64,000 nucleotides of DNA from Patescibacteria group bacterium (GTDB lineage Bacteria > Patescibacteriota > Microgenomatia > UBA8517): the NCBI GenBank assembly GCA_036835125.1, contig DAITMO010000001.1, positions 191,508 to 255,507 on the forward strand. The letters run 5' to 3'. Under the pieces are notes generated by a model that did no database searches, was not told the DNA's origin, and was given only the letters and a program-made list of their open reading frames with translations. This document shows positions 1 to 10,000 of this stretch, piece by piece. A program made the position numbers and the translations under genes. How positions within the stretch are numbered: the first letter of the stretch is position 1; each line of letters begins with the position of its first letter.

Positions 1-461
1 TTGCGGAGGCAAGCGTTATTACTACCAAACTTCATACAACAACACATTTATTGCAAGCTGCCTTAAGAGAGGTTTTAGGGGAACACGTTGGGCAAAAAGG
101 AAGCCATATTACGGCAGAAAGGTTAAGGTTTGATTTTTCCCATCCACAAAAACTGACGGAAGAAGAAGTGAAAAAAGTTGAAGACTTGATGAATAAAAAA
201 ATAAAAGAGGATTTGCCTGTAACGTTTACAACAATGACTTTGCCCGAAGCCATTAAAATTGGCGCCATGCATTTCTTTGCAGAGAAGTATGGAGATGAAG
301 TTAAGGTGTATAAAATTGGAGAGCCAAACACTCCCTTTAGCACTGAAGTGTGTGGCGGTCCTCACGTTGCTCGCACAGGTGAGATTGGAGATGTTAGAAT
401 AATTAAGCAAGAGAAAATAGGAGCAGGGATTATAAGGATCTATATATCTCTTGTAAGTTAA
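1..461 (+). CDS. alaS: Alanyl-tRNA synthetase, C-terminal (editing-domain) portion. The gene starts upstream of the window and stops right after the editing domain, so the C-Ala domain is absent.
   Basis: In-frame from nt 3: ...HTTTHLLQAALREVLGEHVGQKGS... and ...CGGPHVARTGEIGDVRII...IGAGIIRIY match the AlaRS editing-domain HxxxH and CxxxH zinc motifs. Stop TAA at 459-461. Confidence 0.8.
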   Translation, partial: AEASVITTKLHTTTHLLQAALREVLGEHVGQKGSHITAERLRFDFSHPQKLTEEEVKKVEDLMNKKIKEDLPVTFTTMTLPEAIKIGAMHFFAEKYGDEVKVYKIGEPNTPFSTEVCGGPHVARTGEIGDVRIIKQEKIGAGIIRIYISLVS

Positions 462-2675
462 ATGAACCTCAAAGATATTCTATCAATAAAAGACAACCCA
501 CCAGAGCTTTATTGGGCTTTGGTTATAGAAAAAGGATTGGTTCAATCCGGAATATGGTATGTTGGTGAAGGTAAAGCAGAAGTAATAGGAATTGGCACAG
601 GAATTCCTTGGGAAGAGGAAGATGAACTAATTGAAGCTACTGATGCAGCACTTTCTTCTGCTATACAAAAACTACCTGATAACTATCCAGAACCAACAAA
701 AACTGTTTTTGGAGTTTCCACCTCATGGGTAAAAGATGGAGAAATATCTCCGGAAAATTTGGGGAAAATAAAAAAACTATGTACAGATCTTTCTTTAACT
801 CCTGTTGGCTTTGTGGTTCTTCCTGAAGCAATTGCGCATTTCTATAAGTCTGAAGAAGGAGCCCCTCTTAATGCAATAGTATTAAAAGCTGACGATAATA
901 ATCTGGAATTATCCATTTTTAAACTAGGTACTCTTTCAGGGACAACAGAAGTTTCAAGAAGTGTTTCTTTGGTGGATGATGTGATTGAGGGCCTTTCAAG
1001 GTTTGAAGGAGAAAACCCTCTTCCTACAAGATTCGTTGTGTATGACGGAAAAGAGGGGGATTTAGAAGAAATCAAGCAAACATTACTTCAAGCAGATTGG
1101 GGTGAGGCAAAGGTTTCCTTTTTGCATACACCTCAGGTAGAAACTCTTAGTCCTGATAAAAAAGTTATGGCAACGGCTCTTGCGGGAGGTTCAGAGATTG
1201 GAGACGTGACGGCTGTTTCTTCCCAGACAGAGGATGATGAAGAAGACAACCCTCAAGATCAAAACGAAAATCTTACAAGCACAGATATAGAGACAAAAAA
1301 TAATACAGCAGAGGATTTTGGTTTTAGTGTGGGGGAAGATATCTCTTCCCTTAAAAAGGAAGATGTAGAAAATCTTCAGTCTTATATACCAGAATCTCCA
1401 CCAATTCAGGATTCCACTTTAAATTTAAACATTCAACCATCTCTCGCTCCAAAAATGACAGCAAGTGACTATATAACCAAATCAAAGAGTTTGTTTCATT
1501 CTTTTTCAGCTAAAATTTTTCCCGGTAAAACTCAAAGCAATGTTGGTAGAAACAAGAAACTAATTGCTGTAGGAATTGCTCTAGGTTCAGTTTTACTATT
1601 TATTTTGAGTTTATGGCTTTTTGTTCAAACAGCAAAAGTTAGCATTTATGTTGCTCCAAAAAGAGCGGAAGAAAATGTCAAAATTACCTTTGACACAAAA
1701 GGAAGTTTTGATATATCAACAGGTTTGATACCTGCATCTCGTGTGACTGAAGAAGCAATTGGAGAAAAAACTAGTTCAACAACAGGAACAAAACTAATTG
1801 GAGAAAGAGCAAAAGGTAATGTCCAAATTGCCAATGGAAATAGTGCTTCAATAAACTTATCTTCTGGAACAATAATCACTTCTTCGTCAGGATTTAAGTT
1901 TAAATTGGACAATGAAGCATCAGTTTCGGGTCAACTCCTGCCAGGATCTCCTGGTACATCAAACATAAACGTAACAGCTTATGATATTGGAGCACAATAC
2001 AATTTGGCAAAAGGTGAAGTATTTAGTGTTGGTAATTATTCAAAATCTTTAGTTGCCGCTACCTCAACAAATGATTTTAGTGGTGGAAGTAGTCAGGAAA
2101 TCTCAGCGGTAGACAAAGATGATCAGCAAAATTTATTAGAAGAGTTAAAAACTGAACTTGAAAGAAAGGCCAATGCAAGTCTTTCTTCAAAAATATTAGG
2201 TAGTCAAATTTTAGTAAATGACTCAGCAAATATTGAGATTGTTAGCGAGGATTTTGATCATGCCATAGGTGATCAAGCTGATAGTCTCAAACTTTCTCTC
2301 GAAATAAAAACATCATCCCTGGCAGCAGATAGAGAAAAGTTAATTGAATATGCAAAAAGTATGTTGTCTAACAAAACTCCTGGTGGATACACACTTTCTT
2401 CGGATCAGGTTGATTTTAAGTTTACCTTTGTTGAAGAAATTGATGATAAGTATGTGTATGATGTTGTTGTGGGAGGAAATTTCCTACCAGCAGTTGATAT
2501 AGAGAAAGTTAAAAAAGTAATTTCAGGAAAATCTATAACTGAATCAAAAAGATACTTAGATGCGGTTCCTGGTTTTGATCATGCTGATATTAGTCTAAAG
2601 ATTAAACTTCCTGGTCCATTTAAGACAATACCTTGGATTACAAAGCATATTACTGTTGAAGTTCGCCCTGAGTAA
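462..2675 (+). CDS. Large hypothetical membrane protein (737 aa). N-terminal cytoplasmic domain is faintly actin/FtsA/PilM-like, followed by an acidic linker, one TM helix and a Ser/Thr/Gly/Asn-rich extracytoplasmic domain.
   Basis: ATG overlaps the alaS stop (TAAATG). TM segment LIAVGIALGSVLLFILSLWLFV. Acidic stretch TEDDEEDNPQDQNEN. Long uninterrupted ORF with no antisense competitor. Confidence 0.5.
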   Translation: MNLKDILSIKDNPPELYWALVIEKGLVQSGIWYVGEGKAEVIGIGTGIPWEEEDELIEATDAALSSAIQKLPDNYPEPTKTVFGVSTSWVKDGEISPENLGKIKKLCTDLSLTPVGFVVLPEAIAHFYKSEEGAPLNAIVLKADDNNLELSIFKLGTLSGTTEVSRSVSLVDDVIEGLSRFEGENPLPTRFVVYDGKEGDLEEIKQTLLQADWGEAKVSFLHTPQVETLSPDKKVMATALAGGSEIGDVTAVSSQTEDDEEDNPQDQNENLTSTDIETKNNTAEDFGFSVGEDISSLKKEDVENLQSYIPESPPIQDSTLNLNIQPSLAPKMTASDYITKSKSLFHSFSAKIFPGKTQSNVGRNKKLIAVGIALGSVLLFILSLWLFVQTAKVSIYVAPKRAEENVKITFDTKGSFDISTGLIPASRVTEEAIGEKTSSTTGTKLIGERAKGNVQIANGNSASINLSSGTIITSSSGFKFKLDNEASVSGQLLPGSPGTSNINVTAYDIGAQYNLAKGEVFSVGNYSKSLVAATSTNDFSGGSSQEISAVDKDDQQNLLEELKTELERKANASLSSKILGSQILVNDSANIEIVSEDFDHAIGDQADSLKLSLEIKTSSLAADREKLIEYAKSMLSNKTPGGYTLSSDQVDFKFTFVEEIDDKYVYDVVVGGNFLPAVDIEKVKKVISGKSITESKRYLDAVPGFDHADISLKIKLPGPFKTIPWITKHITVEVRPE

Positions 2676-2702
2676 GCCTCATTATTGTTGTACAATTGGA
2701 GC

Positions 2703-3392
2703 ATGACACAAAAGAAGATATTACGCGTCTCTGCAATCATTTCTGGGATTTCAGGTTTAGTAATTTTAGCTGGAGTTATTTTCCCAATTGTTAATTACAA
2801 CATTAAATATTCAAGGAATTTTACTGAATTTATTTCTCCACTTGCAGATCCGGGTCAACAAGTACAGGGACTTTTGACAACATCTTCAGGTGATGGAAAA
2901 GACGACACAAAAGCAAGCAGTTGGTTTGCGGGTGGAGCCAAAAGTGAAGATTTTGAAATTGATAGTTCAGAAACCTATACAGTTTCAATTCCAAAACTAA
3001 AAATAGAGTCAGCAAGAGTTTTAATCGGGGGAGAAGATTTAAGTAAAAGCCTAATTCATTATCCAGGAACAGCCATGCCAGGGAAACGTGGTAATTCAGT
3101 AATCTTTGGACATTCAATACTTCCAATATTCAACAATCCCAAAAATTATATTTCTATTTTTACAATGCTCCCAACTCTCAAAAAAGGAGACCTTATTTAT
3201 ATAAACTATGATGGTATTTCATTTACATACAAAATTGAACAAATGTTTGAAGTACTCCCGACAGACCTTCAAGTATTAGATCAAGATAAAACAGATTCGT
3301 TCATTACATTAGTAACCTGTGTCCCACCAGGAGACCCAAGAGACCCAAAAAGACTTATTGTTCGCGCAAGAGTTGTTCCACCTGAAGAGTAA
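2703..3392 (+). CDS. Sortase family transpeptidase, N-terminally membrane anchored.
   Basis: N-terminal TM. Motifs ...VIFGHSILP... (His), ...FITLVTCVPPG... (TLxTC Cys) and downstream Arg. GGAG 6 nt upstream of ATG 2703; the track's TTG start at 2685 is less likely. Confidence 0.8.
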   Translation: MTQKKILRVSAIISGISGLVILAGVIFPIVNYNIKYSRNFTEFISPLADPGQQVQGLLTTSSGDGKDDTKASSWFAGGAKSEDFEIDSSETYTVSIPKLKIESARVLIGGEDLSKSLIHYPGTAMPGKRGNSVIFGHSILPIFNNPKNYISIFTMLPTLKKGDLIYINYDGISFTYKIEQMFEVLPTDLQVLDQDKTDSFITLVTCVPPGDPRDPKRLIVRARVVPPEE

Positions 3393-3401
3393 AATAAAAT
3401 A

Positions 3402-3779
3402 ATGAATAGATATAAAAAAATACTGGGAATAGACTACGGCAGAAGTAAAATCGGACTAGCAATTTCCGATGGGCCACTAGCAGAACCATTCAAAGTAATT
3501 AGATACAAAAACAAAGAATCAGTAGTTGAAGAAATTAAAAAAATAATTGAATATGAAAATATTGAAAAAGTGGTAGTTGGAGTATCAGAAGGAGAAATGG
3601 GAGAAGAAAGTAAAAACTTTGCAGAAAATTTCAATGCAGAAACTTTTGATGAAACTTTAACCTCACAAGATGCACAGTTTCTTTCCCAGGAAGCAGGAAT
3701 AGGAAGAAAAAAAAGAAAAGAAATGGAAGATGCATATGCAGCAACAATAATGCTTCAAAATTATTTAGATAGTAAATAA
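3402..3779 (+). CDS. ruvX: Holliday-junction resolvase-like YqgF/RuvX.
   Basis: N-terminus KKILGIDYGRSKIGLAISDG is the classic RuvX/YqgF RNase H-fold signature. 125 aa. Confidence 0.8.
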   Translation: MNRYKKILGIDYGRSKIGLAISDGPLAEPFKVIRYKNKESVVEEIKKIIEYENIEKVVVGVSEGEMGEESKNFAENFNAETFDETLTSQDAQFLSQEAGIGRKKRKEMEDAYAATIMLQNYLDSK

Positions 3780-3795
3780 TCATACCCCATAATAC

Positions 3796-3830
3796 TTGAC
3801 ATTTAGGTTTAAATATAGTAGTATTATTCA
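3796..3830 (+). promoter_or_regulatory. Candidate sigma70-like promoter (TTGACA ... TAGTAT) for the downstream small gene.
   Basis: cttgacatttaggtttaaatatagtagtatt: TTGACA at 3796-3801, ~17 nt spacer, TAGTAT -10-like hexamer. Confidence 0.3.
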
Positions 3831-3917
3831 TACTTAAATAGCCTATATTGCATGGATATATTAAGTAAAATTTAGTACATTAACAAAGAGAGATTAATTC
3901 ATTCCAACTGCTTGAAA

Positions 3918-3958
3918 GCAGCACTCTGGGCATATTTAAACTGTGCTCGGAGTGCTGC
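3918..3958 (+). promoter_or_regulatory. 5'-UTR stem-loop (9-bp perfect stem GCAGCACTC / GAGTGCTGC, 23-nt loop) ~25 nt upstream of the ATG at 3984.
   Basis: Inverted repeat read directly: gcagcactc tgggcatatttaaactgtgctcg gagtgctgc. Confidence 0.35.
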
Positions 3959-3983
3959 TCATTCAAGTAGCAAAGGAGAAAAA

Positions 3984-4352
3984 ATGAATTCGGAATCGAA
4001 ACATTTATTTTATAGAGACCACGGGTTTGTTGTGGTCTCAGATAAGTCGGGTTGGGTACATCAACTAAGTCCATACTCCTATATGAGTGTGGAATTCCCC
4101 CCTGAGATTGTTAGTATAATTGGTAGTGGGGTGTCAGCGAATGAATTACCTTATTATGAGGCGATTATTTTTCTTAAAGGGGAAAAAGAAGCACTTCGGT
4201 GCATAGTTTCTTTTGAAAAGCTTCCCCCAGATGATGAAACAAAAAAAAGAATTTTAGCTGGACGCAAGTTAGGTTTTTTTTCGATCCCTTCTAGATTTGT
4301 AGGTTTTACGGACACTTCTGTATTGGAGGTGTCAAAAATGATTTTTGAATAG
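3984..4352 (+). CDS. Hypothetical protein (122 aa).
   Basis: ATG preceded by AAAGGAGAAAAA Shine-Dalgarno. The track's longer ORF from 3912 would read through the UTR hairpin. No recognised motif. Confidence 0.45.
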   Translation: MNSESKHLFYRDHGFVVVSDKSGWVHQLSPYSYMSVEFPPEIVSIIGSGVSANELPYYEAIIFLKGEKEALRCIVSFEKLPPDDETKKRILAGRKLGFFSIPSRFVGFTDTSVLEVSKMIFE

Positions 4353-4527
4353 CTATAAATAAGGTTCCGATGAAAAGCTCAAGACTACCAAAGTTAGCTT
4401 TGGTGCTATTGATGGTGCGTAGAGTCGAAAGATATCTACCCAGGAATAGCTTAATGTGTACATACTAGCTCAGGATAACCTTGAAACAATTTTTGCAATC
4501 ATCTCTCTTTATTATTTTTTTATTTTC

Positions 4528-4576
4528 GAGCCCTATGTGGATTTTGCGCTTGCGCAACTTTTCACCTCTAGGGCTC
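4528..4576. terminator. Compound inverted repeat between convergent genes: outer GAGCCCTA/TAGGGCTC, inner TTGCGC-tt-GCGCAA. Possible terminator for the minus-strand gene; overlaps its stop codon.
   Basis: gagccctatgtggattttgcgcttgcgcaacttttcacctctagggctc read directly. The flanking U-run is weak, hence low confidence. Confidence 0.3.
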
Positions 4577-5758
4577 AGTTTGTATTATCCTTCTAATTTT
4601 CTCTTTTACTATGTTCCCGTCTCTCTGATCATTTTCAGACCACTTTTCAATATTTTCCAAAACAAATGGTTGAGAAATAAAGAGTTTCCTAAGAGCACTC
4701 ATATTTACCAACTCATTTGTAATTTTGGGATATTTGACCATTGCATCATAAAGTTGAGCTGAAAACCTAAGTTGAATATCTTCTTGTCCTTTTGTTTCTA
4801 TTTCCTGCCCCGAAAATATCCAATTTATTGAATCTATTAATTCTGAGAAATCGGTTTCTTTATCAAATTCAGATACTGGTTCAAATTTAAAATTTTTAAT
4901 TATATCTAAAAACCCTTTTTCTCCAACCAACATTGAATATTGTCCATAAATTGTATTCTCGTGTGAAGTATTATTTTTTACCTTCAATCTATTTGCCAGA
5001 TCAGCTATGGCCGAATCTAAATTATCATTTCCCATGTATGTAGCATAACTGTCATCGAGTATAGAATACCCCATATCAGAAATAATTTTATTTACTTCGT
5101 TATTTATTCTTTCCTCGATTCTTTTTCCGTAGGATCTAAAACCACTTTCTTTTTGAAAATTTGTTACTTCGGCGAGAAAAGCTTTCTCAAGTAGTTTAAG
5201 TTTTTCTAATTCTTCACTTGTTACTTCTGATTTTATTATTTTTACTCCATCAATTTTTTTAGTGACTAATTCATTATCACCGACAGATAATATTCGAGTG
5301 CCCGTTGGCAAACACATTTCCTTTGACCAGAAAGTGTCTGTAGCATGTAAATTTTCTGGATTACCATTTTCTTTTATTAAAGATTTTGCTGGAGCAACTA
5401 CAACCATTTTTGGACCAAACCACTCACCTGAGGAATGACTGTTAACTTTATGATTTACTGACCAATGAACGGTTGAAACATCAAATTTTCCCCTTGAGGA
5501 ATCTTCAACGTTTGTAAGAAGTATTTTATTTTTTCCATTTAGTTCACGAATAGTCATTTGATTCAAGTCTTTTATTGCTCTTACGAAACATATTTGATCA
5601 AGTTCTATATTTGGAGATCCTTCAAACCATTCTCTGCCGGTTGAAGAAATTTGTTGAATTTCTTTATTGTCTTCCATCACGAAAATAATATCATACGTGC
5701 AATAAGTTAGATACTTTTTCGGAGACAATTTCAACCAGCTTGACGGAGAACGTTTCAT
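4568..5758 (-). CDS. Orphan hypothetical protein (~397 aa from ATG 5758; the track shows TTG at 5782). No recognisable catalytic motif; weak H-x3-N-H-x3-N-x-H string.
   Basis: Long clean ORF antisense to nothing. Opposite orientation to its neighbours. Protein starts MKRSPSSWLKL... Confidence 0.5.
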   Translation of the reverse strand: MKRSPSSWLKLSPKKYLTYCTYDIIFVMEDNKEIQQISSTGREWFEGSPNIELDQICFVRAIKDLNQMTIRELNGKNKILLTNVEDSSRGKFDVSTVHWSVNHKVNSHSSGEWFGPKMVVVAPAKSLIKENGNPENLHATDTFWSKEMCLPTGTRILSVGDNELVTKKIDGVKIIKSEVTSEELEKLKLLEKAFLAEVTNFQKESGFRSYGKRIEERINNEVNKIISDMGYSILDDSYATYMGNDNLDSAIADLANRLKVKNNTSHENTIYGQYSMLVGEKGFLDIIKNFKFEPVSEFDKETDFSELIDSINWIFSGQEIETKGQEDIQLRFSAQLYDAMVKYPKITNELVNMSALRKLFISQPFVLENIEKWSENDQRDGNIVKEKIRRIIQTEP

Positions 5759-5798
5759 GGTATAATTTAGACAGATGTTCAAAAGTATAATTGCACCA

Positions 5799-5978
5799 AT
5801 GCAAGCCTGGCTACTCTCTCAAGGGCGATGTGTTGGTTGTGGTACAGAACTTTCAGAAGGGAAAAAGAAAACTACAAAATATGGTGAGCAAGTTACTTGT
5901 ATAAAGTGTGGAAGAATTTTTATTCATGACCCCAAGACAAATAAATATAGACGTGCTCTTCTTGAAGAAGTTGATTAA
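5799..5978 (+). CDS. Small zinc-ribbon protein (~59 aa, CxxC-x17-CxxC).
   Basis: MQAWLLSQGRCVGCGTELSEGKKKTTKYGEQVTCIKCGRIFIHDPKTNKYRRALLEEVD. Divergent from the orphan gene. Confidence 0.45.
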   Translation: MQAWLLSQGRCVGCGTELSEGKKKTTKYGEQVTCIKCGRIFIHDPKTNKYRRALLEEVD

Positions 5979-5985
5979 TAAAAAA

Positions 5986-6933
5986 ATGAAGAAATTTCTA
6001 CTGTTTCCCTTACTTTTGGTTCTAGTGGTTATATTAGGTGGGTATTGGTTCTATAAAAACACAGGACCTGTTTCTTCTTTCGAAAAATATGAATATTTTG
6101 TAATAGAAAAAGGGTCAGGTGCTTCACAGGTTGCCGCAAAGCTTGAAAAAGAAGGACTTATTAAAAATGCTTTAGCTTTTAAGGTTTATATGCAGTTTAC
6201 TGGTCAAAGTGGAAAAATCCAAACAGGTGAGTTTAGGCTTACTCCTTCATATTCACTTTTCCAAACAGTTACAGCTCTTTTTAATGGTCCTGTTGAACTT
6301 TGGGTAACAATTCCTGAAGGCTTGAGACGTGAAGAAATAGCAAATAAGTTTGCGCAAGCTTTAGATAAAGATAATGCTTTTTTTGATGAGTTTTTGTCAG
6401 CTTCAAAAGGAAAAGAAGGTTATCTATTTCCTGAAACATATCTTTTTCCCAAAGAGGCAAGTGCATCAGCAATTGTTAAGAGGATGGTTTCTACATTTGA
6501 TTTAAAAACTGGAAGTCTTGAAAACAAGTCTGGTATGACTTTTGAAAAAGCAATTGTTTTAGCATCCTTAATTGAACGTGAGACAAAAACTGATCTCGAG
6601 CGCCCTATGGTTGCTGGAATATTAGTTAATAGGCTTGAGGCAGGTTGGCCTCTTCAAGTTGACGCTTCAGTTCAGTATGCAGTGGGAACATCAAAAAATT
6701 GGTGGCCAATTTTGACTCTCGATAATTTAGCAACAACCTCTTCCTACAATACTTATAAAAACCAAGGACTACCTCCTACCCCAATTGCAAATCCGGGACT
6801 TTCTTCTATTAAGGCTGCATTAAATCCAACAACTAATGATTATTGGTATTATATTCATGACAATTCAGGTGTTATTCATTATGCAAAGACCTTAGCAGAG
6901 CACAACACAAATATTGCAAAATATCTTAGATAA
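5986..6933 (+). CDS. mltG: Endolytic murein transglycosylase MltG/YceG family.
   Basis: N-terminal TM MKKFLLFPLLLVLVVILGGYWF, then YceG-like segments (...GEFRLTPSYSLFQTV...YLFPETYLFPKEAS...). Start taken at MKKFLL (ATG 5986) rather than track 5908. Confidence 0.75.
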   Translation: MKKFLLFPLLLVLVVILGGYWFYKNTGPVSSFEKYEYFVIEKGSGASQVAAKLEKEGLIKNALAFKVYMQFTGQSGKIQTGEFRLTPSYSLFQTVTALFNGPVELWVTIPEGLRREEIANKFAQALDKDNAFFDEFLSASKGKEGYLFPETYLFPKEASASAIVKRMVSTFDLKTGSLENKSGMTFEKAIVLASLIERETKTDLERPMVAGILVNRLEAGWPLQVDASVQYAVGTSKNWWPILTLDNLATTSSYNTYKNQGLPPTPIANPGLSSIKAALNPTTNDYWYYIHDNSGVIHYAKTLAEHNTNIAKYLR

Positions 6934-6965
6934 TCCAAACTGTAGTGAATTTACCATTTTCCTGC

Positions 6966-6993
6966 TTGACATAGAAAAAAATATAGATATAAT
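6966..6993 (+). promoter_or_regulatory. Near-consensus sigma70 promoter upstream of rpoB (TTGACA-16-TATAAT), followed by small leader hairpins.
   Basis: cttgacatagaaaaaaatatagatataat: TTGACA at 6966-6971, TATAAT at 6988-6993. Confidence 0.5.
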
Positions 6994-7069
6994 CCTGTCT
7001 TAGGCGTACATGAATGGTACGTTCACTCCGCTTCTAGTGGCGGTTCTTTATTGTTTTTGAAACAAAATA

Positions 7070-10000
7070 ATGATATCTCAAAAATCAACTCGCAAAAATT
7101 TTGGTAAAGAAGAAAAAGATCTACCAAAAATTAATTTGTCTGAAGTACAAAGAGAGAGTTGGCAATGGTTTTTAGGAGAAGGGATCAAAAATGAACTTGC
7201 TACAATTTCTCCAATTGATGATTTTACAGGCAAAAACTGGCAACTTTTCTTAGGTGATCATTCTTTAGGACTTCCAACTATTTCTCCAAGAACGGCTCAG
7301 AAAAAAGGAATTACATACGCTTCACCAATAAAAATAAATGCAACTTTAGTAAACAAAAGGACAGGGAAAGAAGTAACTCAAGAAGTTTTCTTGGGAGATA
7401 TTCCTCAAATGACCACTGCGGGAACTTTTATTATTAATGGAATCGAAAGGGCTGTTATTAATCAGATAGTGAGATCTCCAGGAGCATATTTTTCAGGAGA
7501 GCTAGACCCTTCTTCTGGTCGTGTTTTGTATAAAGCTGAAGTCAGACCCCTTCATGGTAGTTGGCTTGAATTTGAGGTAACTAGAGGGGATCTAATCTAC
7601 GCCAGAATAGATAGAAGAAGAAAAGTATTAGCAACAACATTCCTAAGAGCCTTAGGAGTAGACAGTGATCAAATGATAATTGATGTTTTTAAAGAAATAG
7701 ACACAGATAAAGACCATAAATATATTGAAGCAACCTTAAAAAAGGATAATGCCAAAACTCAAGAAGAAGCATTAATTGAAATCTACAGAAAGATGAGGCC
7801 GGGAGAACCTGCAGTTTTAGAAAATGCAGAAGGATTATTTGCTTCCCTTTTCACAGACGGTAGACGATATGATTTAGGAAAAGTAGGAAGGTTCAAAATA
7901 AACAAAAAATTAGGATTAAATGTCCCTAATGAAAAAGAAAATTGGGTATTAACAAGACAGGATGCAGTAGCAACAGTCTCGTATCTTATTGGTTTGCAAA
8001 ACGGAGTTGGAAAGTTGGATGATATTGATCATTTAAGTAATCGTAGATTAAGGCGTGTTGGAGAACTTGTAGCAGTTAATGCTTTTAGGGTTGGACTTTT
8101 AAGACTTGAGAGAAGTGTTAAAGAGAAGATGTCTCTTATTTCCCCAGATGATAGACCACTCCCCGCAACTTTGATTAATGCAAGACCTCTTATCGCTTCC
8201 CTTAATGAATTTTTTAGAAGCAATCAACTTTCAACAATTTTAGATGACACAAATCCTTTAAGCGAAGTTGATAATCTTCGCCGTGTTTCAGTCCTTGGAA
8301 CTGGAGGTATAAATAGAGAAAGAGCCAGTTTCTCAATACGTGACGTTAATGCAAGTCAATATGGAAGAATTGATCCAATCAGATCTCCTGAAGGACCAAA
8401 TATCGGTCTTGTCACTTACTTATCTCTTTATGCAAGAGTTAACGAGTTTGGATTTTTGGAAACACTTTATAAGAAGGTTGTAAAAGATGGAAAGAAAATG
8501 AAGGTTACAGATGAGATAGTATATCTTTCAGCTGATGATGAAGAAGATCATTATATTACTCACTCAGGAATTGGAATTGATGAAAATGGATACATTACCG
8601 ACAAAAGAGTACCTTTAAGATATAGGGGCAAATTTATTGAAGGCGCGTCAAACTTGGTTGAATATATCGATGTCACCCCCCGTCAAGTAGTTGGTGCTAG
8701 TGCCTCCCTTATTCCATTTTTGGCAAACGATGAAGGCAATCGTGCTTTGATGGGTTCAAACATGCAATGTCAGGCAGTTCCTTTGGTTAATCCAGAATCT
8801 CCTATTGTTGGTACTGGAATGGAAGGAGAAATTGCATCAGGAATGGGTAGGGTGGTCAAGGCTAAACATGCAGGAATTGTTGAGTTTGCAGACGGAGAAA
8901 AAGTTGTTGTTAAACTTGCCAAGAAATTAAAAGGAGATGAAGATTTAACTGATGATGTTGAAGTTATTGATGGAGGAACTAGAGAAGTCTATCATTTAAC
9001 CAAATTTAAGAGAACTGCTCATTCTACATGTTATAACCAAATTACAAGAGTAATGTCCGGTCAAAAAGTTGCCGAGGGTGATATTTTAGTAGATGGTCCA
9101 GCAAGTGAAAATGGTGAGCTTGGACTCGGACGTAACTTAACAATTGCATATACAAGTCTTGGTGGTTATGGATTTGAAGACGCAATTTTAATTTCAGACA
9201 GGCTTGTTAAAGAAGATCTTTTAACATCAATTCACATTGAAGAATATGAAGCTGAAGTTGTTGATACCAAGCTTGGACCTGAAGAGATAACCAATGATAT
9301 TCCTAATGTTTCCGAAGCAGAACTTGCAAATTTAGCCTCCGATGGAATAGTAATGATTGGAGCTGAAGTTGGACCAAATGACATATTGGTAGGAAAAATT
9401 GCTCCAAAGGGTGAAACAGAATTGACTTCTGAAGAAAGACTTTTAAGAGCAATTTTTGGAGAAAAAGCAAGAGAAGTAAGAGACACATCTTTGAGAGTTC
9501 CTCATGGTGAACGCGGAACTGTTGTTGAAGTTCAAATTTTAGATAGAGATAAGGGGGATGAATTGGGACCTGGGGTTATAAAGAAGGTTATTGTTAGAGT
9601 AGCCCAAATAAGGAAAATCACGGTTGGAGACAAAGTTGCAGGACGTCACGGAAACAAAGGAGTGGTTAGTAAGATTATGCCTGTTTCTGACATGCCGTAC
9701 CTTGCAGATGGAACACCTGTAGACATTTGTATTTCCCCTCTTTCAGTTATTTCTCGTATGAACTTGGGCCAACTTATGGAAGCACATCTCGGTTGGGCTC
9801 TTAAAACTGAAGGAATAAAGGGTGCTCTTCCGGTTTTTGACAAGATTGGGGCAGAGATTATTGCAGATGAACTTAAAGCTGCTGGTTTGCCTGTAAATGG
9901 AAAAGCAAGGCTTTACGATGGTAGGACTGGTGAAGCTTTCCAAGAGGATACTGTTGTTGGAGTTAGCTACATTATGAAGCTTATACACATGGTTGAGGAT

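Noticed and set aside
3912-3983. Upstream in-frame extension of the 3984-4352 gene (MKAALWAYLNCARSAAHSSSKGEK).
   Set aside because: Would translate through the 5'-UTR hairpin and lacks an SD. The ATG at 3984 has a canonical AAAGGAGA SD.
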